DNA from: Mobula hypostoma
Taxonomy: Eukaryota
Length of the DNA stretch: 64,000 nt
NCBI RefSeq assembly: GCF_963921235.1
Contig: NC_086097.1
Span: 52,702,001 to 52,766,000, forward strand
Reading direction: 5' to 3'
In this document: positions 24,006-36,304 of the stretch, one piece after another
Layout of the letters: every line of letters begins with the position of its first letter
Numbering within the stretch: the first letter of the stretch is position 1
Made by a program: the position numbers and the translations under genes
Notes under the pieces: generated by a model
Seen by the model: the letters and a program-made list of their open reading frames with translations, nothing else
Database searches by the model: none
Told to the model about the DNA's origin: nothing

Positions 24006-25214
24006 ATCTATGAACTTACTGATCCTTTTACTTTCACATCCAAATTGTAATACATATCACCAACAAAAGGATCCCAATACCAGTCCCTGAGATGCACCAC
24101 TTGACGCAGACTTCCAGTCTGTAAAGCATCCTTCCACAACTACCCTCTGCCTTCTATCACTGAATTGACTTAAATTTGTGATCCAGTTAGTCAGCTAGCC
24201 TTGGATTCCATGTGCCTTAATCTTCTGGACCAGCTATCATATGGGATCTTTCAGTACATCCTTAAATCTTTTCTTTGGATTGCCTGGTAATCTCCTCCCT
24301 TTACTGAGCTCAGAATGGAGTGTTTCAGAAATATATAGTGTTGAATACATAACTGTATTAGACAGGCCATATTGGTCATACACCTAACAGTAGGCGCAGC
24401 AAACAAGCATTCTATTCTAAACTCTCTTCTGGAAACAGATTGCAGGCAGGACTCCATGTGTACTCAAGTGATTAAGTAAGTTGTTTTATGTGTAAACTAT
24501 GTGTAAAAAGATAAATCTCCCAATTTTTGATTATTTACAAAGGCCTTACTTGCTGTGGTGTGATTAGATCATGAGTGTGTAATGTTTGACTAATCTGATC
24601 TTAACCATTTCAGGATTTTTTAGAGAATAAATTTTCTGAAATATGCTCCTTCACCAACCTGCACTTATCAGAAAATCATTCATCAACCTTCTTGGATTTT
24701 CATTAGCCTAGAACACCGTAGTTAACTTAACTTCCAGCTTGCTGAAACTGACAATATTTTGAAATTGTCCATGGAAGCTTATTGACTCAAAATAAACAGA
24801 AGGTTTTAATAAACTGGAATTAATTGTTTTTCTTCCAACCAAAAGCATTTTAAGACCTTTTTCAATCTGTGGTAAAAGGAATTTTGATTTAATATTGAAA
24901 AGTCTAGTGGATCAGTTTCTTGGGAAAAGTCCAACCCTGCTTCTGGCATGCTTATTTCATGTGAAATTTCAAAACATCCTGGATTGGTGCCAGAATGATG
25001 AGGTTTTCTGGTTCCGTTAAAATTGTTTATACTTTACTCAGAGTGCAAGCTTTGGAATTACTGTGGAAGTGAAAGTCTCCCACCAATGAAACCTATAACA
25101 TTTCTCCATTATTTCTGATTGGCTCTGAAGGGATGCTCATCTTCACCTCACAAGGTAAGTCGTGAGTTGGATAATTCCAGAACTGGGGAAAACCTAAGCC
25201 AAGAGTTCTCATTC

Positions 25215-25790
25215 CTCCCCTACGGCTGGAAGCTGCTTCAAGTAATTGAAGGCATAGCAGGCCCTCCATGGAGGTGGCGTCCTAACTGTCTATGCAATCC
25301 AAGGCAGTATGATATGGACAGCAAGCTGTTGCCCATGCAACAGGCTTCTCCTCTCCACACAACTGAAGCAACAGCAGCGACCAACGCAGTTTGGCATCAG
25401 CGGTGTTGCAGGAGTTGCCAGTTAGCATTGAACTCAATGAAAGACTGTCTTAGGGACTCCAGCTCCAGACTTTACCTTGGGGTTTCGTCCTGAAACCTTC
25501 CCATGAGAGGGTATACCCACAAAGCAACAGAGGTTTGAAATCAGAGTTTTCCTTCTCCGAGATGAGCAGCCAACCATGGCTGACAAGCCCCATCTGCCTG
25601 AAATAATCGGTTTTAAAGCACGAGTAGCCCGACTTTGCCCTTTCTCCTGTCACAGCTTAGTATCTAGCTACACTTGAAGGTCAGGAGCTGGACTTGGTTG
25701 TCAGAGGCTATTTGAAATGCATGCCATTGGGAGCACTTAATAGGTAGTGGGAACTTGTCCTCATTACCCTCCAGCAACGACAACCTTAAG
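25215..25790 (-). mobile_element. Probable RTE-clade LINE 5' UTR or non-autonomous derivative
   Basis: Minus strand 'gggtaatgaggacaagttcccactacctattaagtgctcccaatggc...ggagaaggaaaactctgatttcaaacctc' resembles RTE-type 5' UTRs; recognised from memory, not verified. Confidence 0.45.
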
Positions 25791-26009
25791 GAACCATCTG
25801 AAGATATAACCTACAGATCTTTAGAGGGGCATATAAAGGGGACCAGATAAGTAAGAAGCCACATCTCCCCAAATGTTTGTTCTAAATATTGGAAGATCTG
25901 CGTTGTGTTTAAGGGAGCCGAAGGTACAAAGGCCATTCAGGGCATCCCTGGAATTTGTTGAAAGAGAGTTTCTCTGCAAATCTTGGCAGTGTCAGAATGC
26001 GAAATGCCA

Positions 26010-26935
26010 AGCTATCAATACTAGAACCTACAATATTTACAATGATGTGCTTGAAGAGAGTGAGCATATATACAATTTGCTGATGAAACAAAGATGGGTA
26101 TGAAGGCTAATTATGTGAGGATATGAAAAAATCCACTAAGAAATATAGATTTGTTGCAAGAGCAAGAAGAAGTCTGGCAGATTGAACATAACGTGAGAAG
26201 GGAGAAATTATTCAATTTGGTAGGAAAATTAGAAAAGCAAAATATTGTTTGAATGGAAGCACTATTAGGGTATCCTTGAATATGAACCAGAGAAAGCTGG
26301 TATGCAGGTATGCAGCTTGTTATCAAGAAAGCAATCAGAATGTTGGGCTATATAACAAAGAGATTGAATATAAAGCCATTGAAGACCTCACCTGGAGGAC
26401 TATGAACATGTTTGATTTGCTTACTTAAGGAGGGATATACTTGCTTTGAAGATAGTTCAGAGACAGTCATTATGCTGGTTCAGAGGGATGAAAGGGTTGT
26501 CTCATGAGGAAAGGTTGAATAGTACAGTATGTGCCTTTCCTCATTGCAATTCAGGAAAAAAAAGGTCTTTTTATTGAAATGTATAAGACTCTGAGGGGAT
26601 TTACTGTGTGGATAATATGAAGAAGTTTTTTTTCTTGGTGGGTATATGTCGAACTAAAGGCACAGATTCAGAATCAGTGGATGGAAGTGAGGAGGAATTC
26701 CTTCTGTCAGAGGTTTGTAAAATCTTTGGAATTCTCTACTCCAGTGAACAATGGAGGCTGTTACTAATTATATTCAAAGCTGAAATCAATAGACATGAGC
26801 GCAAGAGGGGAGCTAAGAGGTTTGAGAAATGGGTGGAAAATTGGGGTTGAGGCTAAGATCAGCCATGATTCTATGGAATGGCTGAGAATTTTTGGGAGAC
26901 CATTCAGCCTGTTCCTGCATCTATTTCTAATGTTC
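26010..26935 (+). mobile_element. Old, highly decayed CR1 3' portion
   Basis: Degenerate 'gaggaggaattccttctgtcagag', 'ttcaaagctgaaatcaataga' and 'gatcagccatgat' motifs. Confidence 0.7.
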
Positions 26936-27669
26936 TTGTCTCTCATTTCCCTATGCAGTCCCTGATTAGATAAAGAATTAATGCATTCTCTGTGCTTTTC
27001 TCACATCTCTAATCCTGCATTCATTAATGCATATCCAAACTCAAAACATGAACTTAACAGTCTGAAAGCCACAAATTACCATACAATAATGAAATTTCAT
27101 CCATGTTAATAGCTTTTTGCTCCCAGCGTCAAACTGTGCTGTAATCAAGTTGAGTTAGTAATGGAGCAATCTGTTGTTCCATAATATGAAAGATGATTGT
27201 TATGACAATGTGTCTGAGAGATTGGATCTACCATATGGCTCAGGATCAGATGTTTCTGTGAGCTGCTTTCTTCTAATCAACCCGCTCCAGAAACTGCCTC
27301 TTGCTTTTCTGAAGCGGTGTGGTCCTGGACTTCTGCCTGTAAATCATGGTCAAAAATATAATTTTGCCCCAGAACATTAGGCGGGTTGTTTTTGGAAATA
27401 TTGCTGGCAGAGCATTTCTGGAATTTGGCGATTGCTGAGCGGTCTCTATAGCATAAAAACTAGTTAAACTGGTTAGAAGTGGTTCTGAAGTGCCTCCAAC
27501 ATGGAATGTTAGCTCCAGCTCTTTTTTCACAGCTGCTGACTGCCTCCAGTATTTTATGTTTTTATTTTAGCTAAACTGACATTTATTTTCAATGTGTAAA
27601 AGAGAAACATATGCATTAATATCACCATTAGATGGTGTATTGATGGAACTGATTATCAATAGTTAACTG

Positions 27670-27829
27670 GCCAGACAACATCTATGGTAAAGAGAGGTCC
27701 TGATGAGGGGTCTTGGCCCGAAACCTCGAATGTTTACTCTTTTCCACAGATGCTGCCTGGTCTGTTGAGTTCCTATGGCATTTTGTGTGTGTTGCTTTGG
27801 ATTTCCAGCATCTGTAGATTTTCTCTTGT
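27670..27829 (+). mobile_element. PLE terminal mini-insertion with a short inverted 5' piece and degenerate HHR
   Basis: 17-bp TSD TTATCAATAGTTAACTG at 27653-27669 and 27830-27846; CTGATGA...GAAA at 27700-27723. Confidence 0.85.
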
Positions 27830-27879
27830 TTATCAATAGTTAACTGTAGGATAACCAATATTAGGCTAATGTGCACTTA

Positions 27880-28660
27880 ACATAGAACATAGAGCATTAC
27901 AGCAGAGTACAGACCTTTTGACCAACCAGTTAATCTACCCCAAGGTCAATCTAAACGTACTCTCCCACATAGCCCTTATTTTTCATTCATCCATCTATCT
28001 AAGAATTTCTTAAATGTCCCTAATGTATCTGCCTCTACCATATCCATGGCAGGTTGTTCCATGCACCCACTAGTCTCTACAAAGAATGCTTACCCCTCCC
28101 CGCATATTTTCCTTTAATCACCTTAAAATTATGCCCCCTCGTATTAGCTATTTCCACCCTGGGGAAGAAGTCTCTAGCTAGCCACTTAAACTATGGTTCT
28201 TATCATCTTCTACACCTCTATCAAGTCAATTCTCATCCGCCTTTGCTCCAAATCAAAGGGTGGGTTCAGCCCTAGCTTGCTCAACCTTTCTGCATAGGAC
28301 ATGCTCTATAACCTAAGCAGCATCCTGGTAAGTCTCTCTGCACCCTCTATAAAGCTTCCACATCCTTCCTATAATGAGGTGGCCAGAACAGAACACCATA
28401 TTCCAAGTGTGGTCTAGCAAGGGTTTTATAGAGCTGCAATATTACGTTGTGGCTCTTGAACTCAATCCTCCAACTAATGAAGACCAACACACAAGTAAAC
28501 CTTCTAAGCAACTTTGAAAATCTGTGGATGAGGATCCCAAGATCCCTCTGTTCCTCCACACTGCTAAAGATCTTGCAATTAATCCTGTATTCTGCCTTCA
28601 AATTCAACCTTCTAAAGTGAATCAATTAATACTTTTACGTGTTGAAATCTATCTGCCAAC
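27880..28660 (-). mobile_element. CR1 3' fragment
   Basis: (catagaa) tail; minus ORF 'QLYKTLARPHLEYGVLFWPPHYRKDVEAL'. Confidence 0.85.
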
Positions 28661-28889
28661 TGCTGACACTTTCTTCTCTATTCCCAGCTTTTGCCTTTAA
28701 TTCCCATTACTTTAAATCAGTGGTAGCATTTCAATCAAACGCTTTTGGAAATCAAACAGCTTTATAGCACTTGCCACGCAAAATGTTCACACCACAGATA
28801 AAAGCTTTTCCTTTAACTCCCATCATCAGAAGTAACTATTTCAAAATGTTAGTGAGTCATGAACTTTCCCCTCTGTGACCTGCGAGATG

Positions 28890-29320
28890 ACTCAGATAAA
28901 ATCTGCTATGGGAAATGGAGGAAGAAGTTGGTGACATTTCATGTCAAAACCCTGCAATATGACCAAGATTGGAGAGGCGAGATAACCAGTGTAAAGAGGA
29001 AAGGCAGTGGGTTGAGATAGGTGGACTGGAAATGGGTGAAGGATGATAGAATAGATGGAGCCAGGTTGGAGAGGAGAAGGGATGGTGTTGGGAGACAAAG
29101 GCAGGTGGATAGATGGGGGCAGGCAAAAGAAAGGCAGATTGAACCAGGTAGTTGGAAGGTGAGAGTGGAGATAGCTAGGACAGTGATAAGCAGGAATACA
29201 AGGTTACCAGTGCTCGAATCTGATATGTAAAGAAGGGGAAAACCAATAGCAGGAAGGTGAAGGGGATATGGAGCAAGAACCACATGGGGGAGGAGGGATC
29301 TGTGGTTAAATGTGTGTATA
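28890..29320 (-). mobile_element. Old PLE 3' tail
   Basis: Purine-rich tract, 'gttaccagtgctcgaatctgata' (end of endonuclease) and degenerate HHR remnant at ~28932-28963. Confidence 0.5.
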
Positions 29321-32171
29321 CAATCAGGACAGGGAGGGCGGGGTATGGGTGGAAGGAAAGAGGAAGATCAGAAGTGGGGAGGGGGGGAGAGATGAGTAAA
29401 CACTGTCCGAGATATGCCTCTGAGATAAAATATGGAATTGAATAGAGCAGTGACAATGAACTTCATACACAAATTCATAGCTAGGTATCACACCTGGGAA
29501 GAGAGCATAGAAACTAGAAAGTAGCTGCTTCACTCAAGGTTAATTTTGACACCCATAGCAGTGCTTCTGTTATTTTTTAAGCTTTTCTCATCTCTTTTTT
29601 CATGTGCAGAATCAGTAACCAATGCTGTAAGCAAGTTATTGGCCTTGAAATCATGTGTGCTTGCAAATTAACGTGCTGGGTTTAGGTACAGGCCAGACAT
29701 TCTCAATGCAAGCAACAAGATAATCATCTACAAATTTAGCAGCAGGAACCATGTAAAAGGCCATGTTCTTTGGTTGCTGCTACTAGCTTTGCAGATAACC
29801 TTAAACGTTTCTGTATCTTGCCTGAGGAAATTCTCTTCATGATCATAACCCACATTGCCCACAACTTGCTTCGCTCATGGAGACTGGAATATACTCAGCC
29901 ATGAAGAGAAATTGTTATTCACCCCTGGTGCTCTGAGTGGTGTGACATTTAGCACTGACCACCAATTGGGGGACCCTAAAGTAAAACAAAATCGCTGTTA
30001 TCTGTCTATAGACATTACAGCTCAGAATTAGATTCAAGAGCTTTATCACTGACATTAGTTGTGAAATTCGTTGTTTTCTGGCAAGCAGGTACAGCGCAAT
30101 TGGTGATAAGACCCACTGGAAAGTGAATTTGAATTTTAATAAGCACTTCTTGGTTAACTAGAGCAGTTCTTAAAAAAAGACTGCCGTGTGGCTGAAGGAG
30201 ATTTATGTATTCAGAGATGTATTCATACACTACAGCTCCAAGCCCACAATCATTCGCATTGATCCATTCCCATCTCATAAATGACCCCTTGTCAGACTCA
30301 TAAATATACCACTGTGGCCCTGGACATTCGTCATAATGAAATCTTGGAATGACATTGTTTTTCAGTGTAAGTCACAGTTCACTCAGGCAGGGTCATCTGT
30401 CAAAACAGTAATTTCTGGACCTCTAATGACTCTATTTGTTGACTTTGAGTGATTACTCAGAACTAAAATCATAGATCATAAATTAGACAATCTTGCATCA
30501 GTTTCTGTTGAAAAATACCATCCACAGTATAGATGATGTCATTGTGATGTTGTGGAATTCACGCTCTCTCAGCCGTGGTGAAATGCCAAAGCAAACTCGA
30601 TGGGCCAAATGACCTTATTCTGCTCCTATATCTTATGGCCTTATGGCTTAAGCACCTTTGCACTGCAGTGTTTGCATAGAGAACTCTGATATTACCTGCG
30701 GGGCTTTTTATCAGGTTGAAGATATTTCATTGGTTACTGAGCCAAGGGCTACATTCACTTCCTACCCCATTGCTGGTGCATCTGGTACTGCCCCATCCAT
30801 TCTGATGCCTCATCCAGTGCTTTCCCCCTTGAGTATTCATCATTTCCTTTCAGAAGTCATTACTGAGTCTGCTTCAACCACTCTGGTGTTAGTCATCTTA
30901 AAATCTATTAATGACATTATCAACCTTACACCCACTGAAATTTCTTTTTAGTTACTTAATTTGATTTGAATGCCCTGCCTCTGCGCATCAGTCTCTACTG
31001 ATAACTTTGTTTTCAGAGAATCACATGTATATGAATGCTGTGGTTAGAATTTAATTTGCAACAGAAACTTGAAATTGATTTTTAACCATACTGCAGAAGA
31101 CAACTATATTATTAAGATGTATCTCTGTGTGTCATGGAGAAAGCTTTAACTTCTTGGTTTTCCCAGAACAGGGATCTTCACTTGCACAACCCAATACAAC
31201 AAGAAAGAGTTTGGGAATAATACTCCTTTGTTACTGCCTTTGTCATTGAGTATCAATCTAGACCTATTAGCATGGCTTTAATTGTTCATATCAAGATATA
31301 TATAATTTACAAGATTAGATTTATCATGCCATGGGTGCATCTTAAAACCTCACTCAGGTTAATCACAGATGGTTTTCATTTCCTTTCATAGTGACGGAAG
31401 CAAACTTTGAACTCTCTCAGCTTTTAAAAACATATGTATGTAAATAGATTGTGATTGCAAACCTCAAAATAAGACTTAATACTGTTTAAAAGAAGTTTTA
31501 CCCAATTAAATATGCTTGCATTAGGACTTTCAATAAAAAGGATGCCATCATCTGAAAGGCTGTCATTAAAACCTTGTTTCATTATTGAGCAAAACTTCCA
31601 AAGACTTTTTGCATCAAAATTATATGAACAAACAAATCTATGACTGCTGGTGTCCCACAACCCCTGACTGAATTGTGGTCTGTCTTTTAATGTTAAACAA
31701 GAAGCCCAATCCCTGAGGGAAAAAAAGAGTAATTCAACAACAATGAATTTCTGACCGTACTCTTTCAAATCCATTAGCTAAGACTTTGGACTCAGTTCCA
31801 ACCAGACATATCTGACTCCAGTTCAGGATGAGATGGAAATGGGTCTGGACAGGAAATTGCTTCCAATCTCTTCCCACATCACTGTTCAGGATACTCTAAG
31901 TTCTCCCTGTAGAAGTAAGCAATCAAATATTTCCAATATGAAATGGTCTCAAATATAGTGGGATAGCTACAGGCTCTGTTTATCCCTTTCTCTGTCTGAA
32001 GACAATCACAGCCTGGCATAGTAGGAGTACCCAGCAGTGCAACTTCAGAAAATGAATTATACTTTTCACAGGCATAGTGCCATTGGACCATAATTCCAAT
32101 TTCTTTTGTATCCATGCTCCAAAGTGTTATTTTCCTTACTTGCTAATTGGGAAATTAAAGGGATTTGAAAT

Positions 32172-32505
32172 AACACACATAAAAGTTGCTGATGAACGCA
32201 GCAGGCCAGGCAGCATCTCTAGGAAGAGGTACCGTCGACGTTTTGGGCTAAGACCCTGCGTCAGGACTAACTAAAAGAAGAGTTAGTAAGAGATTTGAAA
32301 GTGGGATCTGATTTTGGATCTCCCCCTCCGCCTCCCACTTTCAAATCTCTTACAAGCTCTTCTTTCAGTTACTCCTGACGAAGGGTCTCAGCCTGAAGTG
32401 TCGGCTGTACCTCTTCCTAGAAATGCTGCCTGGCCTGCTGTGTTTCACCAGCAACTTTTATGTGTGTTGCTTGAAATTCCAGCACCTGTAGATTTCCTCG
32501 TGTTT
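32172..32505. mobile_element. Fold-back PLE terminal mini-element (minus tail plus plus tail)
   Basis: Arms 32172-~32306 and ~32308-32505 are reverse complements; 12-bp TSD GGGATTTGAAAT at 32160-32171 and 32506-32517; mutated HHR in each arm. Confidence 0.9.
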
Positions 32506-33164
32506 GGGATTTGAAATGATAACTTTCACTTTTGCTGCTTCCAGATTATATTTTTTTCAGTTGTTAGCTATTAAGGATTTGAATAGCACAAATGCTCAGG
32601 CAAGGAACCCAGTGAGTGATAATGGCAAGCACAAAGCTACTTTGACTTTTATTACAGAGGGATAGAGTACAAAAACACAGGAGTCTTGCAGTGATTGTGC
32701 AGTTTGGATGGAAATACCGTAAGCAGCAGATCAAGAATCTTCACTGGAGAGAGAAAGCATTAACGTTCAGCTTTTATAAGCAAAACATGCAGATGCTGAA
32801 CATCCGAAATAAATCAGAAGATGCTTAAAATAATTAACAGGTCAGGCATCAACCAGGCACCCAGGCCGATAAATGGTTCTTAACTTGAAATGTTAACTCT
32901 GTTTTCTCTTTCTATAAATGCTGCCTGACCTGCTTAACACTCCCAGAATTTTGTGTTTTATTTAACATGTCAGTTTAATAGCCTTTTATGAGAACTGGGA
33001 GATTTAAGAATGTATAACATGCAGAGAAAGGAAGGAAAGAGGGAACAAAACAAAAGATGGTGAAAGGCTAGAAAGTAGGAGAGATTAAATGTAAATTGAG
33101 AGGACCATCACAGGTGACAATGGGATAGAGATGGCAATGGGGCAAATAAAGAAGCATATGGCAT

Positions 33165-33764
33165 CATACATCAAAGTTGCTGGTGAACGCAGCAGGCCAG
33201 GCAGCATCTATAGGAAGAGGCGCAGTCGACGTTTCAGGCCGAGACCCTTCGTCAGGACTAACTGAAGGAAGAGTGAGTAAGGGATTTGAAAGCTGGAGGG
33301 GGAGGGGGAGATGCAAAATGATAGGAGAAGACAGGAGGGGGAGGGATAGAGCCGAGAGCTGGACAGGTGATAGGCAGATGGGGATACGAGAGGATCATGG
33401 GACAGGAGGTCCGGGAAGAAAGACGGGGGGGGGGGTGACCCAGAGGATGGGCAAGAGGTATATTCAGAGGGACAGAGGGAGAAAAAGGAGAGTGAGAGAA
33501 AGAATGTGTGCATTAAAAAGAGTAACAGATGGGGTACGAGGGGGAGGTGGGGCCTAGCGGAAGTTAGAGAAGTCAATGTTCATGCCATCAGGTTGGAGGC
33601 TACCCAGACGGAATATAAGGTGTTGTTCCTCCAACCTGAGTGTGGCTTCATCTTTACAGTAGAGGAGGCCGTGGATAGACATGTCAGAATGGGAATGGGA
33701 TGTGGAATTAAAATGTGTGGCCACTGGGAGATCCTGCTTTCTCTGGCGGACAGAGTGTAGAGCA
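33165..33764 (-). mobile_element. 5'-truncated PLE (end of GIY-YIG plus HHR tail)
   Basis: 13-bp TSD AAGCATATGGCAT at 33152-33164 and 33765-33777; reverse complement of 35080-35682. Confidence 0.9.
33224..33259 (-). ncRNA. Minimal type I hammerhead ribozyme, intact core
   Basis: Minus: AGTC CTGACGA AGG gtctcgg CCT GAAA C GTC GACT; predicted cleavage after GUC. Confidence 0.8.
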
Positions 33765-34355
33765 AAGCATATGGCATGCCTTGAGATAGTTTGAATTCAA
33801 GCAACAGTCATTTTCTGAAATACTTCAATACTGTTTGACAAGCTGTCACGTGCCAAACTGAAAGTCTACCTACTGCCCCTCAATCTTCCATCACATTTCA
33901 TTCGAAGACAATGAGGACGGAGAACACAGAATATCATTGACACAGAAAGCTAAAGTCGTAGGTAGCCTAAAATTTAGTTATGCTTGTACAATTAGCACAG
34001 TTATTCTGCATAGTAGGCGCCATGTGCATTTGACTTCCATGAGAAGCCTGATTCTTCATACAGAAGCCCCCTTGGATTAGTGAACTATGGAGAATGGCAA
34101 CATTCACTTAGCTCGGTTCTGACCCAGTACGTGAAGGGCTCCGAGCCAGGAGTATATTCACCAATACTGAATCCTCCTGATCATCTGTTGGAATGGAGAG
34201 ATGGATCACTCAGAGTGAAGCTTTTAGGCTTAACTTGCTAGATTCTGCTTCAGTTCAAAAACAGATTAGGAAATAGGGATAAAAGTAGAAAAATCTTTAA
34301 TCTCAGTACTGAAAGTGAACAAACATTTCCCATAAGCAGAATGTTTTGTACACAC

Positions 34356-35682
34356 AAGGAAATCTGCAGATGCTGGAATTTCAAGCAACACACATAAAAG
34401 TTGCTGGTGAATGCCTCGAGTGGTAGTGAGGGAGGACTATTCCTCTTCTCACCCTGTCTCTTGCAAAAATGCCATCCCCTTCTCACAATTCCTCCATCTC
34501 CGCCGCATCTGGTCTCAGGATGAGGCTTTTCATTCCAGGATGAGGGAGATGTCCTCCTTTTTTACAGAAAGGGGCTTCCCTTCCTCCACCATCAACTCTG
34601 CTCTCAAACACATCTCCCCCATTTCACGCACATCTGCTCTCACTCCATCTTCCCGCTACCCCACCAGGAATAGGGTTCCCCTTGTCCTCACCTACCACCC
34701 CACTAGCCTCTGGGTCCAACATATAATTCTCCATAACTTCTGCCACCTCCAATGGGATCCCACCACTAAGCACATCTTTCCATCTCCCCTCACCCGCTTT
34801 CCGCAGGGATCGCTCCCTACGCAACTCCCTTGTCCATTAGTCTCCCCCATCCCTCCCTACTGATCTCCCTCCTGGCACTTATCCTTGTAAGCGTAACAAG
34901 TGCTACACATGCCCTTACACTTCCTCCCTCACTACCATTCAGGGCCCCAGACAGTCCTTCCAGGTGAGGCGACACTTCACCTGTGAGTCGGCTGGGGTGA
35001 TATACTGCGTCCGGTGCTCCCGATGCGGCCCTCTATATATTGGCGAGACCCAACGCAGACTGGGAGATCGTTTCGCTGAATACCTACGCTCTGTCCGCCA
35101 GAGAAAGCAGGATCTCCCAGTGGCCACACATTTTAATTCCATGTCCCATTCCCATTCTGATATGTCTATCCATGGCCTCCTCTACTGTAAAGATGAAGCC
35201 ACACTCAGGTTGAAGGAACAACACTTTATATTCCGTCTGGGTAGCCTCCAACCTGATGGCATAAGCATTGACTTCTCTAACTTCCGCTAATGCCCCACCT
35301 CCCCCTCGTACCCCATCCGTTATTTATTTATTTATATTCACACATTCTTTTTCTCTCTCTCCTTCTTCTCCCTCTGTCCCTCTCACTATACCCCTTGCCC
35401 ATCCTCTGGGCTTCCCCCGCCTTTCTTTCTCCCTCAACCTACTGTCCCATGATCCTCTCATATCCCTTTTGCCAATCAACTGTCCAGCTCTTGGCTCCAT
35501 CCCTCCCCCTCCTGTCTTCTCCTATCATTTCAGATATCCCCCTCCCCCTCCCCCTCCCACTTTCAACTTTCTTACTAGCTCTTCTTTCAGTTAGTCCTGA
35601 CAAAGGGTCTTGGCCCGAAACGTCAACTGTACCTCTTCCTAGAGATGCTGCCTGGCCTGTTGCATTCACCAGTAACTTTTAA
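34356..35682 (+). mobile_element. Penelope-like retroelement (probably Neptune-type) 3' half with an inverted terminal piece at its 5' end
   Basis: RT thumb 'SSSHPVSCKNAIPFSQFLHLRRI'; Cys linker 'CKRNKCYTC'; GIY-YIG; inverted tail 34356-34414; 13-bp TSD GTTTTGTACACAC at 34343-34355 and 35683-35695; HHR with G8>A at 35593-35628. Confidence 0.92.
34964..35290 (+). pseudogene. PLE GIY-YIG endonuclease domain
   Basis: 'GVIYCVRCSRCGPLYIGETQRRLGDRFAE...VATHFN...RLKEQHFIFRLGSLQPDG'. Confidence 0.9.
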
Positions 35683-36304
35683 GTTTTGTACACACTGTTG
35701 ATTCCAGATATCCCCTTTTTCTTGGCTGTTTTCCTCCTACTGCAACAAAAAATTGAATGAACTCTGTTTCTCATTTAGTTGGGATATTCATTCCTGAGCT
35801 AAAAGCCATCCCAACATCATCATATAGTGTAGATTAGATAAGTGAATAATAAATACTTTACATACTGCTTTGTTTTATTGTGTGTTATCTTTTGCTTCTA
35901 TGCTTCAGTAGTTTGTAACTAAATGATATAACATGAGTTTGCTTTCATTGCAGAGTGATCTCTTTGATAACTCATAAAAGTGTTGTATGTCAGAAGCTGA
36001 TGCTATGGCTAAGCCACCCACACTCACCACTGGAGTAAAGAAAATTGCAGACTAAGCTTTTGCAGATACCATAATATACATCAATTCACAGGTACTATTA
36101 GATGATGCAATGCTGCCTTGTTGACAGGTTAGAACTAGCAACGCTCACAAACTGTCTGAGAAACTGACTGTTGATCAAGCCACACCCTTGGAATTCTTGG
36201 CTCTCAGAAACTTAGAAGTATTGAGAAAAGGTTAGGGCAACTACATTAGAAAAATAAAAACGAATTACTCGTAAATACTTTTTAAACGATTAGATACTTT
36301 AAAG

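Noticed and set aside
25042..25154. Plus-strand exon (ctcag| ... AAG|GTAAGT)
   Set aside because: Stops in all three frames and no partner exons; a non-coding exon cannot be excluded without RNA data.
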